Shown: positions 53,341 to 64,000 of the stretch, piece by piece | Layout: every line of letters starts with the position of its first letter | Numbering within the stretch: the first letter of the stretch is position 1 | Assembly: GCA_951406725.2 (NCBI GenBank) | Contig: OX597830.1 | Span: 63,178,001 to 63,242,000 of the forward strand | Source of the DNA: Octopus vulgaris | Lineage: Eukaryota | DNA: 64,000 nucleotides | Direction of reading: 5' to 3' | Made by a program: the position numbers and the translations under genes | Notes under the pieces: model-generated | What the model was told of the DNA's origin: nothing | Database searches by the model: none | What the model saw: the letters and a program-made list of their open reading frames with translations, nothing else

Positions 53341-53733
53341 ACGATGATGATGATGGTGATGATGATGACGACGATGACGATGATGATGATGATGGTAAAG
53401 ATGATGATGATTATTATGATGATGACAACGACAATGACAATGATGATGGTAATGATGATGATGATGATAAGGATAATAGTGATAATGATATGATAATGAT
53501 GATGATGATAAGGATGGTGATGATGAAGATAATGGGAAGGATAATGATGACATTAAAGATAATGAAGGTGATGATGAGGATGATGATGATGATAATGACA
53601 ACGACGACAATGATAATGATGATGATGATGATGATGATGATGATAAGACTCCTAATGGTGATGATAGTGATGATAATAATGACGATGACGACGATGACGA
53701 TGATGATGATGACGATAACAATGACGTCGATGA
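53341..53733. repeat. Degenerate (GAT)n tract extending a SINE tail
   Basis: Direct reading; similar (CAT/CAC)n tract at 42800-43070. Confidence 0.95.
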
Positions 53734-54217
53734 AGCATTATTCCGTTGAAATTCCAAATCCATATAGCTCCTCACTTATTAAATTATTTTAACGGGCAGC
53801 AACAACATCTGGTGAATATTAATTGAAACCAAATGTCTAATTGCCAAAAAACAAAAGAAAAAAACAAAAACCCCAAAAAAACAACATGACTTAGACAAAA
53901 AACAAAAAAAAACATGTAAACACACAGAAAAAAAATAAATAAAAGCCATGAATACAAGTCAAACAATTTGTGTTGAGTAGTTAACAATCAATAAAGTGTG
54001 TGCAAACAGATGGTCCCCATTGTGCTTTCACTCTATCTACTTTCCGCTTTCTCTCTTTACTCTTTCCCTTCCTCCCACGATATGCTTTCATTTATCTGCA
54101 CCCTCTCCCCCCTCTCACTCCTTCTCTTCACTCTTTCATTATTTTCATTCCTTTTTCTCCTTAACTCTTTCTTGTTCTTATTCTTTATCTTATCTGCATT
54201 ATACTTATTTGCTCTCT

Positions 54218-54810
54218 AAGGCTGCGAGCTGGCAGAAACGTTAGCAAGCAGGGCAAAATGCTAAGCGGTATTTCGTCTGCCACTACGTTCTGAGTTCAAA
54301 TTCCGCCGTGGTCGACTTTACCTTTCATCCTTTCGGGGTCGATTAAATAAGTACCAGTTATGCACTGGGGTCGATATAATCGACTTAATCTGTTTGTCTG
54401 TCCTTGTTTGTCCCCTCTGTGTGTAGCCCCTTGTGGGCAGTAAAGAAATAGGTATTTCATCTGCCGTTACATTCTGTGTTCAAATTCTGCCGAGGTCGAC
54501 TTTGCCTTTCAGCCTTTCGGGGTCGATAAAATAAGTACCAGTCACGCATTGGAGTCAATGTAATTGACTTAATCCATTTGTCTGACCTTGTTTGTCTCCT
54601 CTATGCTTAGCCCCTTGTGGTTAGTAAAGAAATAAGAAATGTTAGCATGCCAGGTGAAATGCTTAGCAGTTATTTCATCTGTCTTTACGTTCTGAGTTCA
54701 AATTCTGCCGAGATCGACTTTGCCTTTCATCCTTTCGGAGTCGATAGATTAAGTACCAGTTGCGTACTGAGGTCTAATCGACTGGCCCCCTCCACCAAAA
54801 TTTTGGGATG
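54218..54810 (+). mobile_element. Tandem multimer of SINE family 2 (Nin-domain-like core)
   Basis: Three units with the gcctttcatcctttcggggtcgataaa-type core; other copies at 34685-34915, 36880-37080, 40622-40845, 55170-55715, 59422-59655, 59925-60305. Confidence 0.8.
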
Positions 54811-55769
54811 TTGCTGCATCATCATCATCATCATCATCACCAGGATCAATACTCTCACTGCCACTGCCATCACTTCAGCTATTGTTACCACCACTACCAC
54901 CACCACCACCACCACCACCACTATCATTTCTACATCCACTTTTCTATGCTGGTATGTGTTGGACGAGGCATTTTAGTGGTGGTGGTGGTGATGGTGGCAA
55001 TTAATTCATTAACTGAACCATCCATTTTTTCACTGTTCTGTTTTTGTGACAGGGAAGGATTTCAACCAGAATGCATAAAGACCAGGGATAGACACCACAA
55101 GGCACCACACATCTTCAATGCTTTAGCAATTCTGCAAATTCCTCACACTGGCCTGAAACTTTATCAGTCTCTGAAAGGATGAAAGGTAAAGTTGCCTTTA
55201 GCTGCATTTGAACTCAAAGTATAGTGGTTTGGAACAAATATTCTTTTCTAGAGTCCCAACATTTTTTGGGGATTGGGGGTCAGTCGATTAGATCAACCTC
55301 AGTATGTAACTGGTACTTAATTCATTGACCCTGAAAGGATGAATGGCAAAGTCGACCTCAGTGGAATTTGAACTCAGAACGTAAAGACAGCTGAAATACT
55401 GTTAAGCATTTCACCCGGCGTGCTAACAATTCTGCCAGCTTCCCACCCTGTTCAGAACAAATATTAAAACAACCAAAACACTCAGACCTTAAGGTGGACA
55501 TGTTTAGTAGTCAATAAGCTGGCAAAACTGTTAGAATGTTCAACAAATGGCTTTCTGGCTTTTTAGATTCTGAGTTCAAATCTTGCTGAGGTTAATTTTG
55601 CCTTTTATCCTCTTAGGGTCCATGAAATAAGTACCAATTAAGCACGGGGGTTGATGTAATTGACTAATCACGTCTCTTAAAACTTCAGGCCTTGTGCCTA
55701 TAGCAGAAACGATTATTATTATTATCATCATCATCATCATCATCAAGGGTTAGGGTTATTATTATTATT

Positions 55770-56662
55770 GTTATCTCTTTATCACAGGTTTTGTTGGATC
55801 TCCTGCAGTCTTGCATGCATAGCAGGCTTACTACCTGCACCCAATGGTACCATGCTATTCGTTCTTTTCAGCTGTCTAATACTTGCCTAATTATTCTGGC
55901 TATACAAAGGAGGCAAACCTTTTGTAACAGTTCTACTGGGCACTCTATTCCAATTTCCTTTATATTCCTTTTGATGCCTTCTTTTACTCTTCCCAAGGAC
56001 CCAACCACAATTGGCACTATCTTCACCTTCTTCATTTTCCATAGCCTGGCTATCTTGTACTTAAGAGGATTGTATCTGTCTATCTTTTCGCCTTCCTTCT
56101 TGACTATTTGTGGGTTAAAGGGGCATGTAATGTCAGCTATATAGCATATGTGGTGTACCTTGTCCACCACCACTAGGTCCGGGTCCGGTCTGTTATGCTC
56201 TAGCACCTGATCTGTCTGGATTGGGAAATCCCGGAGGATTTTGCTAGTCTCTCACACTGTCACTCTCTGCAGTTTGTTCTCATACCACGCCTTGCCTCTC
56301 TCTTGCCCCCACTTTTAGCACAGCTTCCAGTGTAGTACTTCCGCTACCTGATCGTGCCGCCACAACTTGTAGTGGTTTGGGGCAAGTCTAGGGCATTCAT
56401 TCCTGATATGGGCAACGGTTTCATCCACTCTATTGCAGTTGTGGCACAGCGGTGATATTTGCTCATTCCTCAGGTTGATCTTCCATTTCGTGACCAGATC
56501 TTGGTCCTGTGCTGCCAGTGTAGCATTCTCGGTTTCTGTTTTTAGGGTTCCTTTCATCAGCCAATCCCACCTATTTTTTCCAGCAACTTCTGCTGTGGCC
56601 ACATGGAATTGAGTGTGTGCTCCCTTCTTGCGTAATTCTTCTTCACGTACTTCTTGTACCTC
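55770..56662 (-). mobile_element. Dong/R4-like non-LTR retrotransposon 3' remnant (zinc knuckle plus restriction-like endonuclease)
   Basis: AAQDQ, CHNC..DETVAHI..EC, RHDQV, RPD.DLVV, KIDRY..L, VPIVVGSLG motifs; (TTA)n on both sides. Confidence 0.85.
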
Positions 56663-57744
56663 TTATTTATTATTATCATTATTATTACTATTATTATTAT
56701 TATTATTGAGTGAGAGAGCAGTTCATGCCATCAAAGTGACACTGGGGTAAAATATACGAAGCCCAATATACCCATCATGACTACCCGTCTGATAAGGGTA
56801 CACCAGGCACATGCATCACAACCATATGTGCACGACATGGTGATCTCATATCAAGATAAACAGCACATGACCTTGCAGGTGGGGCCCAGTTAGAATTTTC
56901 TTCAGGTTGAGTAGCCCATCCCGCTCAAAAGGTCCCTGAATAAGGGTTGTTTAAGGATGTTGAAAGAACCAGTTATTGTTATTATTATTTATTTATTCAT
57001 TGACCCTTTATTACACATGATGCAATCTTAAATTTTATAGCAGGATAACCTCACCTTTTCTAGTATTAACCATTCAATTACAGAGTAGAGGTTCACATAT
57101 TTAATGTCAGGAGAACCAAAACACCTCATTAGAAATAATTATGTAATGAGGAGAGGACAACATAAAGCTCAATGAATAGATATTAATTTAATCCCATCAG
57201 CAAATATGGGAGACAACTCCAAACATATTTATGCCTTATTAGACCTCCTCAGAGTCGTATAGTTCACATCATATTTGCTGGTATTGTGGTGAAGGAGACA
57301 CTGAGTAGAATCATTGTATTTAAATCTCGGTATAAACACGAAGCATGAATACATTTGGAAAATCAATTTAATTTTTGCTATTTAAACAAGGGGATGTAAC
57401 TTGTTTTGTAAGCCTTGTAGTCCAGACAGAGTTATGTACCTTACCATAATCCAGGTCCACTGTGATGAAAGTATTAGTGAAACTTTGGCTCCCAGCCTTG
57501 CAATTTCTAGAGGACATGGTCACTCTACTTGCGAGAAATAGCAGCTAAATCTCTCTCAGATTACACCTTACCATGTTAAAAAAAGATGAAACTTGATGGT
57601 ATAGTCTCAATATATTATATATGAATAAAAGACAGGATGGCTATGACTGGAATGCTTTTGATTTCACATCTGCTGGATGTAATCGACTTACCCACCCCTC
57701 TAAAATTGCTGGTGTTGTTCCAAACTTTGAAATTAAAATATATA

Positions 57745-58266
57745 TATATAATATGAGGGAATATTATTCCAAACTTACAGGGAAAAATTCAATTTAGAAA
57801 TACTAAATCAAATTTCACAAAATATAATATCATCATCATCATCGTTTAACGTCCGTTCTCCATGCTAGCATATATATAAATAAATTAGAAAAAAACCCAC
57901 CTTCTATCAATTCAATAATGAAAAACTAAATTATACCATCTAGAAAATTACATATTATAGAAAGATTAAATATAAGATAAAACATATAACAATGATGAAG
58001 TAATGTGCAAAATAATAAATAAAACGTTTTATTTATTATTTTGCACATTACTTAATCATCATTATATGTTTTATCTTATATTTAATCTTTCTATAATATG
58101 TAATTTTCTAGATGGTGTAATTTAGTTTTTCATTATTGAATTGATAGAAGGTGGGTTTTTTTCTAATTTATTTATATATATTATATTTTGTGAAATTTGA
58201 TTTAGTATTTCTAAATTGAATTTTTCCCTGTAAGTTTGGAATAATATTCCCTCATATTATATATAT
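57745..58266. repeat. Near-perfect spacer-free palindrome (~240-bp arms)
   Basis: Axis at aaaac|gtttt (58025/58026); left arm carries a 39-bp SINE-tail insertion (57831-57869). Confidence 0.95.
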
Positions 58267-58267
58267 A

Positions 58268-59086
58268 CAGGGTGCGATGGGTAAATTGTCATCATTTTAT
58301 ATTTTTTATTTTGCTCATGCGCAGTGTTTGTTTTTGATTTTGTCAACTACGCAGTATAGTCGGGCACCGTCTGTAAGAAATGACACACTGTGCTGATTGG
58401 CATTCATGCTGGAAGCTCCAATATGAACATTTCAGAGAGTTTTGGTGTCAATCTGAGGATATGTAGTGAGAGTGATAAAAACCAAACATCCAGTCAACAT
58501 CATGGTGTTTAGAGTGATCACTAGTGATGGTAGCTTTATGCCTCCATTCACCTTCCCACATGGCCTCAGACTCAATATGGAGGCCTACGTCAAGGGTCTG
58601 GAGGAAGTTGTGCTGCCCTGGGTCAAGAGGGTGGCTACTGGAAGATCTTATATCTTGCAACAGAACTCTGCACCACGCCACACAACCAGGAGAACCTAGT
58701 CATGGCTGTCAGACAATTTCTGTGACCACACAACCCCTAACATCTGGCCACCTAACTCCCCAGACTGCAACCCCCTTGATTATTATGTGTAGGACACAGT
58801 TGAGCAAGAGACCAACAAAACTCCTTGAAACACCAAAGATGAACTGAAGCCAAAGATTATGGCAGCATTCACCAACTTAAACAAGGAGACCATTTCAAAG
58901 AGTTACAGGAGATTCCGAAGTCTTCAAGAGGCTGTGGTTGAAGCCAATGGCGATTTTATTGAATAAATTTACTCTTTAGTATTTCAAGATATTTTTATGA
59001 AAATTGGGTAAATATATCTGTTAAAATGCAATGTCAGTGTTATTTTCGTTTTTGTGTAATTTAGACAACAGTTTAGTCACTGCACC

Positions 59087-59089
<3 letters not shown>
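58268..59089 (+). mobile_element. Internally deleted IS630-Tc1-mariner element, DD37D/maT-like
   Basis: cagggtgc...gcaccctg termini; KTKHPVNIMVF, QQNSAPRH, WPPNSPDCNPLDYY motifs with stops. Confidence 0.8.
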
Positions 59090-59171
<82 letters not shown>

Positions 59172-61705
59172 TAGATAGATAATTTTCATCTTCATCATCA
59201 CCATTTTAATATCCACTTTTCCATATTTGCATTTCCATTCTTCTGCAAGAATATGACTCGTCACAGAAAAGTATTACCTTTCTTGGAAACAGGTGAGGGT
59301 TGGCAACAGGAAGAGCATCTGGCTGTAGAAAATCTTCTCAAAAAAATTCTGTCTGACCCATGCAAGCATGAAAAAGTAGACATTAAAATGCTGCTGCTGA
59401 TGGCGATGATGATGATAATTATATTTCTTTATTACCCACAAGGGGCTAAACACAGAGGGGACAAACAAGGACAGACAAACGGATTAAGTCGATTATATCG
59501 ACTCCAGTGCGTAACTGGTACTTATTTAATCGACCCCGAAAGGATGAAAGGCAAAGTTGACCTTGGCGGTATTTGAACTCAGAACGTAGCGGCAGACGAA
59601 ATACAGCTACGCATTTCGCCTGGCGTGCTAACATTTCTGACAGCTCGCCGCCGCCGATGATGATAATGTCTTCCTGTGTCTTCCATTTTTGCAAGTTCCT
59701 TCCAGTTGGATTTGTTTCACACCTTTTACCCAACTTCCTTAGCATCAGATCTTCTCCCCAACACAGTCTTCTCTCCTTTCTATTTGATTTGATACCTCTT
59801 ACACTCAGTTCTTTGTTTTCATTACTGTCATCTGTCATTCTTCCTATTCACTTACATTCCTCATCCAATGGAGTATGTCAGTCTCCTTTCTTCCTTTCAC
59901 ACACCTTTTTCTGTATTTTTTTTTCTACTCTAGGTACAAGGCCTGAAATTTTGATTAGATTGACACCAGCATGTAACTGGTAATCAATTAATTTATCGAC
60001 CCTGAAAGGATGAAAGGCAAAGTCAACCTCGGCAGAATTTGAACTCAGAACGTAACGGCAGACGAAATACCTTTTTCTTTACTACCCACAAGGGGCTAAA
60101 CACAGAGAGGACAAACAAGGACAGACAAAGGGATTAAGTCGATTATATCGACCCCAGTGCGTAACTGGTACTTATTTAATCGACCACGAAAGGATGAAAG
60201 GCAAAGTCGACCTCTGCGGAATTTGAACTCAGAACGTAAAGACAGACGAAATACCGCTAAGCATTTCACCCGGTTTGCTAACGATCCTGCCAGTTCACCA
60301 CCTTGCACCTTTTCCTGTATTCAGTGCCCATGATTTGCTACCATGGTTCAGTGTTTAGAGCATTGGGTTCACAATTATGAGGTAGTGAGTTCGACTCACA
60401 GATTGGCCTGTGTGTTGTGTTCTTGAGCAAGACACTTTATTTCACGTTGCTCCAGTTCACTCAGCTGTAGAAATGGGTTGCGATGTCACAGGTGCCAAGC
60501 TGTATCGGCCCCTTTGCCTTTCCCTTGGATAACATCATTGGCATGAAGAGGGGAGGCTGGTATGCATGACTGACTGCTGGTCTTCCATAAACTGTGCCTT
60601 GGAAGTGAACTTTCTAGCTGCAATCTCATGGCCATTCATGACTGAAGAGAGTCTTTACCTTATTATATCATATATATATATATCTATATCTCTATATATA
60701 TGCATGTGTACACTGTGTTTGTTTCCCCACTGATTGATAACCAGTGTAGGTTTGTTTACATCCCCTCCACTAAGTAGTTCAGCAAAAGAGAATGAAAGGG
60801 GTCTTTACCTTTAAATTTTACTCTAATCTCACACTTTGAGTGGAGGCACATGGCTTAGTGGTTAGGGCGTTGGACTCATGATTGTAAAGATGGTGGTTTC
60901 AATTCTGGGACCAGGCAATGTTGTGTCCTTGAACAAAGCACTTCATTTCACATTGCTCCAGTCCACTCAGCTGGTGTAAAGGAGCATTCCTGAAATGGAA
61001 CTGGGGTCTCATCCAGAGAGGAACGTACATTCCAAAGAAGCTTGGAAACTGACCCGATGCTCCTTACAGAATAGGGTCGACTGACTGACATTACACATCT
61101 TATTACACAGGTATCATACAATCTGTCCTTCACTCAGGGAGAGAATGTGTGTGTGTGTGTGTGTGTTTGTGGTGGGGTAGTCTCTCTTTTTCCAATGCAT
61201 CTTCCTAGTTCAGTAACTTCCTATAGTAGCAATCATTCCAAAACATTTTCTTTCATCTTGGCATTAGTGAAGATAAGAGCATTTCTGTCATTCCGTACAC
61301 ATTTCCTCCAATGGCATCTTGACTTTCACAGACACACTGCTCTATCATCAAGACCACTTGGTGTCTCTGATCCCTTCATTGTAAACTTTGGCAAACACCT
61401 TGTTTCCGGCACCTTGTTGAGCTCCCTGTTTACCTGATTCCTAGATTCTACTCACGCTGATGTTATTCCTTGCCTCCTTACTTTCTTCTAATCTTTCCAG
61501 GAGTGAAACCTCATGGCATAGTGGTTAGGATATTCAGCTCATGATCATAAGGCTGTGAGTTCAATTCCTGGTGGTGTGTTGTGTCCTTGAGCAAGACACT
61601 TTATGTCACATTTCTCTAGTCCACTCAGCTGGCAAAAATGAGTTGTACCTTTAATTCAAAGGAGCCAGCCTTGTCACATTGAATCTCCCCGAGAACTACA
61701 TTAAA

Positions 61706-61914
61706 CCCTTTTGATACCAACCCAGCTGAAACCGTTTGTGGCTCTGTAGTATAAATGTCTTGTTTGCAGAAGTTCGGAATTAAAATCTTCCACCAAACCT
61801 TAGTCACAATTTATGTTCGAAACACTAGGAATTTATTTTATTAAATTCTTTGTTATGTTTAAAGTAATTGAAAGAAACACAAAGCATCTTAAAATAGATA
61901 CAGTAATGAAAGGG
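61706..61914 (+). mobile_element. piggyBac-like MITE (same family as 5379-5598) inserted in a SINE
   Basis: ttaa(a)cccttttgatacc...gaaagggttaa; close similarity to 5379-5598. Confidence 0.8.
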
Positions 61915-63470
61915 TTAAAGGTATATGTGTCTGTGGAGTGCTCAGCCACTTGAACATTAATTTCCTGAGCAGGCAGTTCCATTGACCGAAGCAACTGGAA
62001 CCCATGTCATTGTAACCAATGGAGTGTCAGTAAGTAAATCTTCCCAGGTCTGTCCCTTAGTTTTATGGATCTGTCTATTGTACCATTCCACATCATCATC
62101 ATCGTTTAACGTCCGTTTTCCCTGCTAGCATGGGTTGGGTGGTTGGCTGGTTGGCTGGTTGGATGTTTTGATATTGCAAATAAATGCATCATTTATATCA
62201 AAGACTTCCAGAAATCATAATCTCACTTTATTTTTTCTATTATATCCACATTTCCATGTGTACTGGAATAGCCATCACAATGTGGCCCACATGTCCATTA
62301 ACCCATTAGCATTTAAACCAACCATACCTGGCCAAAATAATCTACCTGTTTTATCTTCAAACTGGCCAAATTCAGCCTGCGATGTCACTGGTACCAAGCT
62401 GTATGGGTTTTTACCTTTCCCTTGGGTAACATCAGTGGTGTGGAGAGAGGAGGCTGGTATGCATGGGTGGCTGCTGGTCTTCCATAAACAACTTTGCCTA
62501 GACTTGTGCCTCAGAGGGGAACTTTCTAGGTGCAATTCCATGGCCATTCATGACCAAGGGGTGCTTTACTCTGTGTAGTGAAGGCACATGGCTCAATAGT
62601 TAGAGTGTTGAGCTCACAATCATGAGGTTGTGAGATCAATTCCTGGACTGGGCTGAGCGTTGTGTTCTTGAGCAAGGCACTTTATTTCACTTTGCACCAC
62701 TTACTTCACTAAGCAGTAGAAATGAGTTGCGATGTCACTGGTGCCAAGCTGTATTGACTCTGCCTTTCCCTCGGATAACATCAGTGGAGTGGAGTGGGTA
62801 GGCTGGTATGCATGGACAATTGCTGGTCTTCTATAAACAACCTTGTGCCTTGTTGCAATCCCATGGTCATTCATAACTGAAGGGGGTCTTTACCCTTTAC
62901 CCTTTTCACATTTTACAGAAAAATCTGAATGCTTAAGGGTTAAAGTTTCCTACCTGTGATTACAAGGTCACTGCCAATTTGTCATTGAGGTCGTCATAAG
63001 TAGAACCCCATAGAAGCAGACCTTTCACTCATCTGTTAGTCTCACCAGGGGTCCTTATGCAGAGATCACAGCAGTTGCTATGCTTACTTATATTGCTACA
63101 TCCTTTGATTACATCTTTTAATTATCAGCCCATTTTCTGCTCCCAATAATTCTATTCCATCCAGGCCAGTGCTGCTGAGAATTCAAAAGCATTTGTACTT
63201 CTGTTCCTCACCAATGGATAATCTGATCGAAGATCCTCCCTCCCTCTCTCTCTCTCTCTCTCTCACTTTACTTTCTGTACAGAGTATGCACTGGCTTGCC
63301 TCTGTTCCAGCCTTACCTTTTATCATGCCAATGTTGATGGCTGAAATCCTGAAGTTTTATACCTGATGGGATGAGAAGAGCTTCTGATGGCATGCGAGTG
63401 TTTTGCAACTGGAACAAAGAAGTTTGTGCAATCATTTTGTATGTGTGCGTGCGCATGTGTGTGTTTATAT

Positions 63471-63572
63471 ATAGATGTTTTTGATCTAGTTTGAATTCTT
63501 CGCAATCAAATTTGATTGCAAAGAATTCAAATTTGATGGCAAAGAATCCAAACTAGGTCGAAAATATCTATA
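63471..63572. repeat. Palindrome with duplicated centre
   Basis: atagatgtttttgatctagtttgaattct... / ...agaatccaaactaggtcgaaaatatctat; tcaaatttga centre occurs twice. Confidence 0.75.
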
Positions 63573-64000
63573 ATATCATCTGGGTAATAACCTTACAACA
63601 TGATTTTAAAGCTCTTCTACAGTTATCGGCTATCATGTGCAGTCACACAGCAAGGATAATCCTTTTACTAGATATACATGTGGAAATCTGTTACTGTATG
63701 CAGAATCCATAGAAAAAAAAATTATAGTAGGCGTAGGAGTGGCTGTGTGGTAAGTAGCTTGCTTACGAACCACATGGTTCCGGGTTCAGTCCCATGCATG
63801 GCACCTTGGGCAAGTGCCTTCTACTATAACCTTAGGCCAACCAAAGCCTTGTGAGTGGATTTGGTAGACGGAAACTGAAAGAAGCCTGTTGTATATATAT
63901 ATGTATGTGTGTGTTTGTCCCCCTAGCATTGCTTGACAACTGATGCTGGTGTGTTTATGTCCCCCATAACTTAGTGGTTCAGCAAAACAGACCGATAGAA

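Noticed and set aside
53011-53792. Poly-Ser/His/Met ORFs
   Set aside because: (GAT)n microsatellite translation

Overview
AT-rich, repeat-dense animal genomic DNA. The SINE families and abundant (TA)n/(CAT)n microsatellites suggest an octopus-like cephalopod, inferred from repeat recognition only. One real gene is visible: the 5' half of PA2G4/EBP1 on the minus strand. It has six GT-AG coding exons from 29900 down to 1163, giving 547 nt of continuous frame (MADKEDTENSPAQDLVVTKYKMVGDMVNG...FKCKPVE), and continues beyond the left edge. The 34 kb upstream is intergenic, with at least four SINE families, piggyBac/hAT/pogo-type MITEs, Helitron-type elements, and decayed mariner, DD37D, pogo, CR1, RTE, Dong/R4 and probable Penelope remnants. 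The strongest unexplained signal is a set of unrelated foldback elements carrying minimal type-I hammerhead-ribozyme-like motifs. One near-canonical copy lies in sense within PA2G4 intron 3, and another has a compensatory G3-C8 core swap. Several spacer-free palindromes up to ~520 bp are also present. Most supplied ORFs are repeat or microsatellite artefacts. All calls are by eye; no searches were run.
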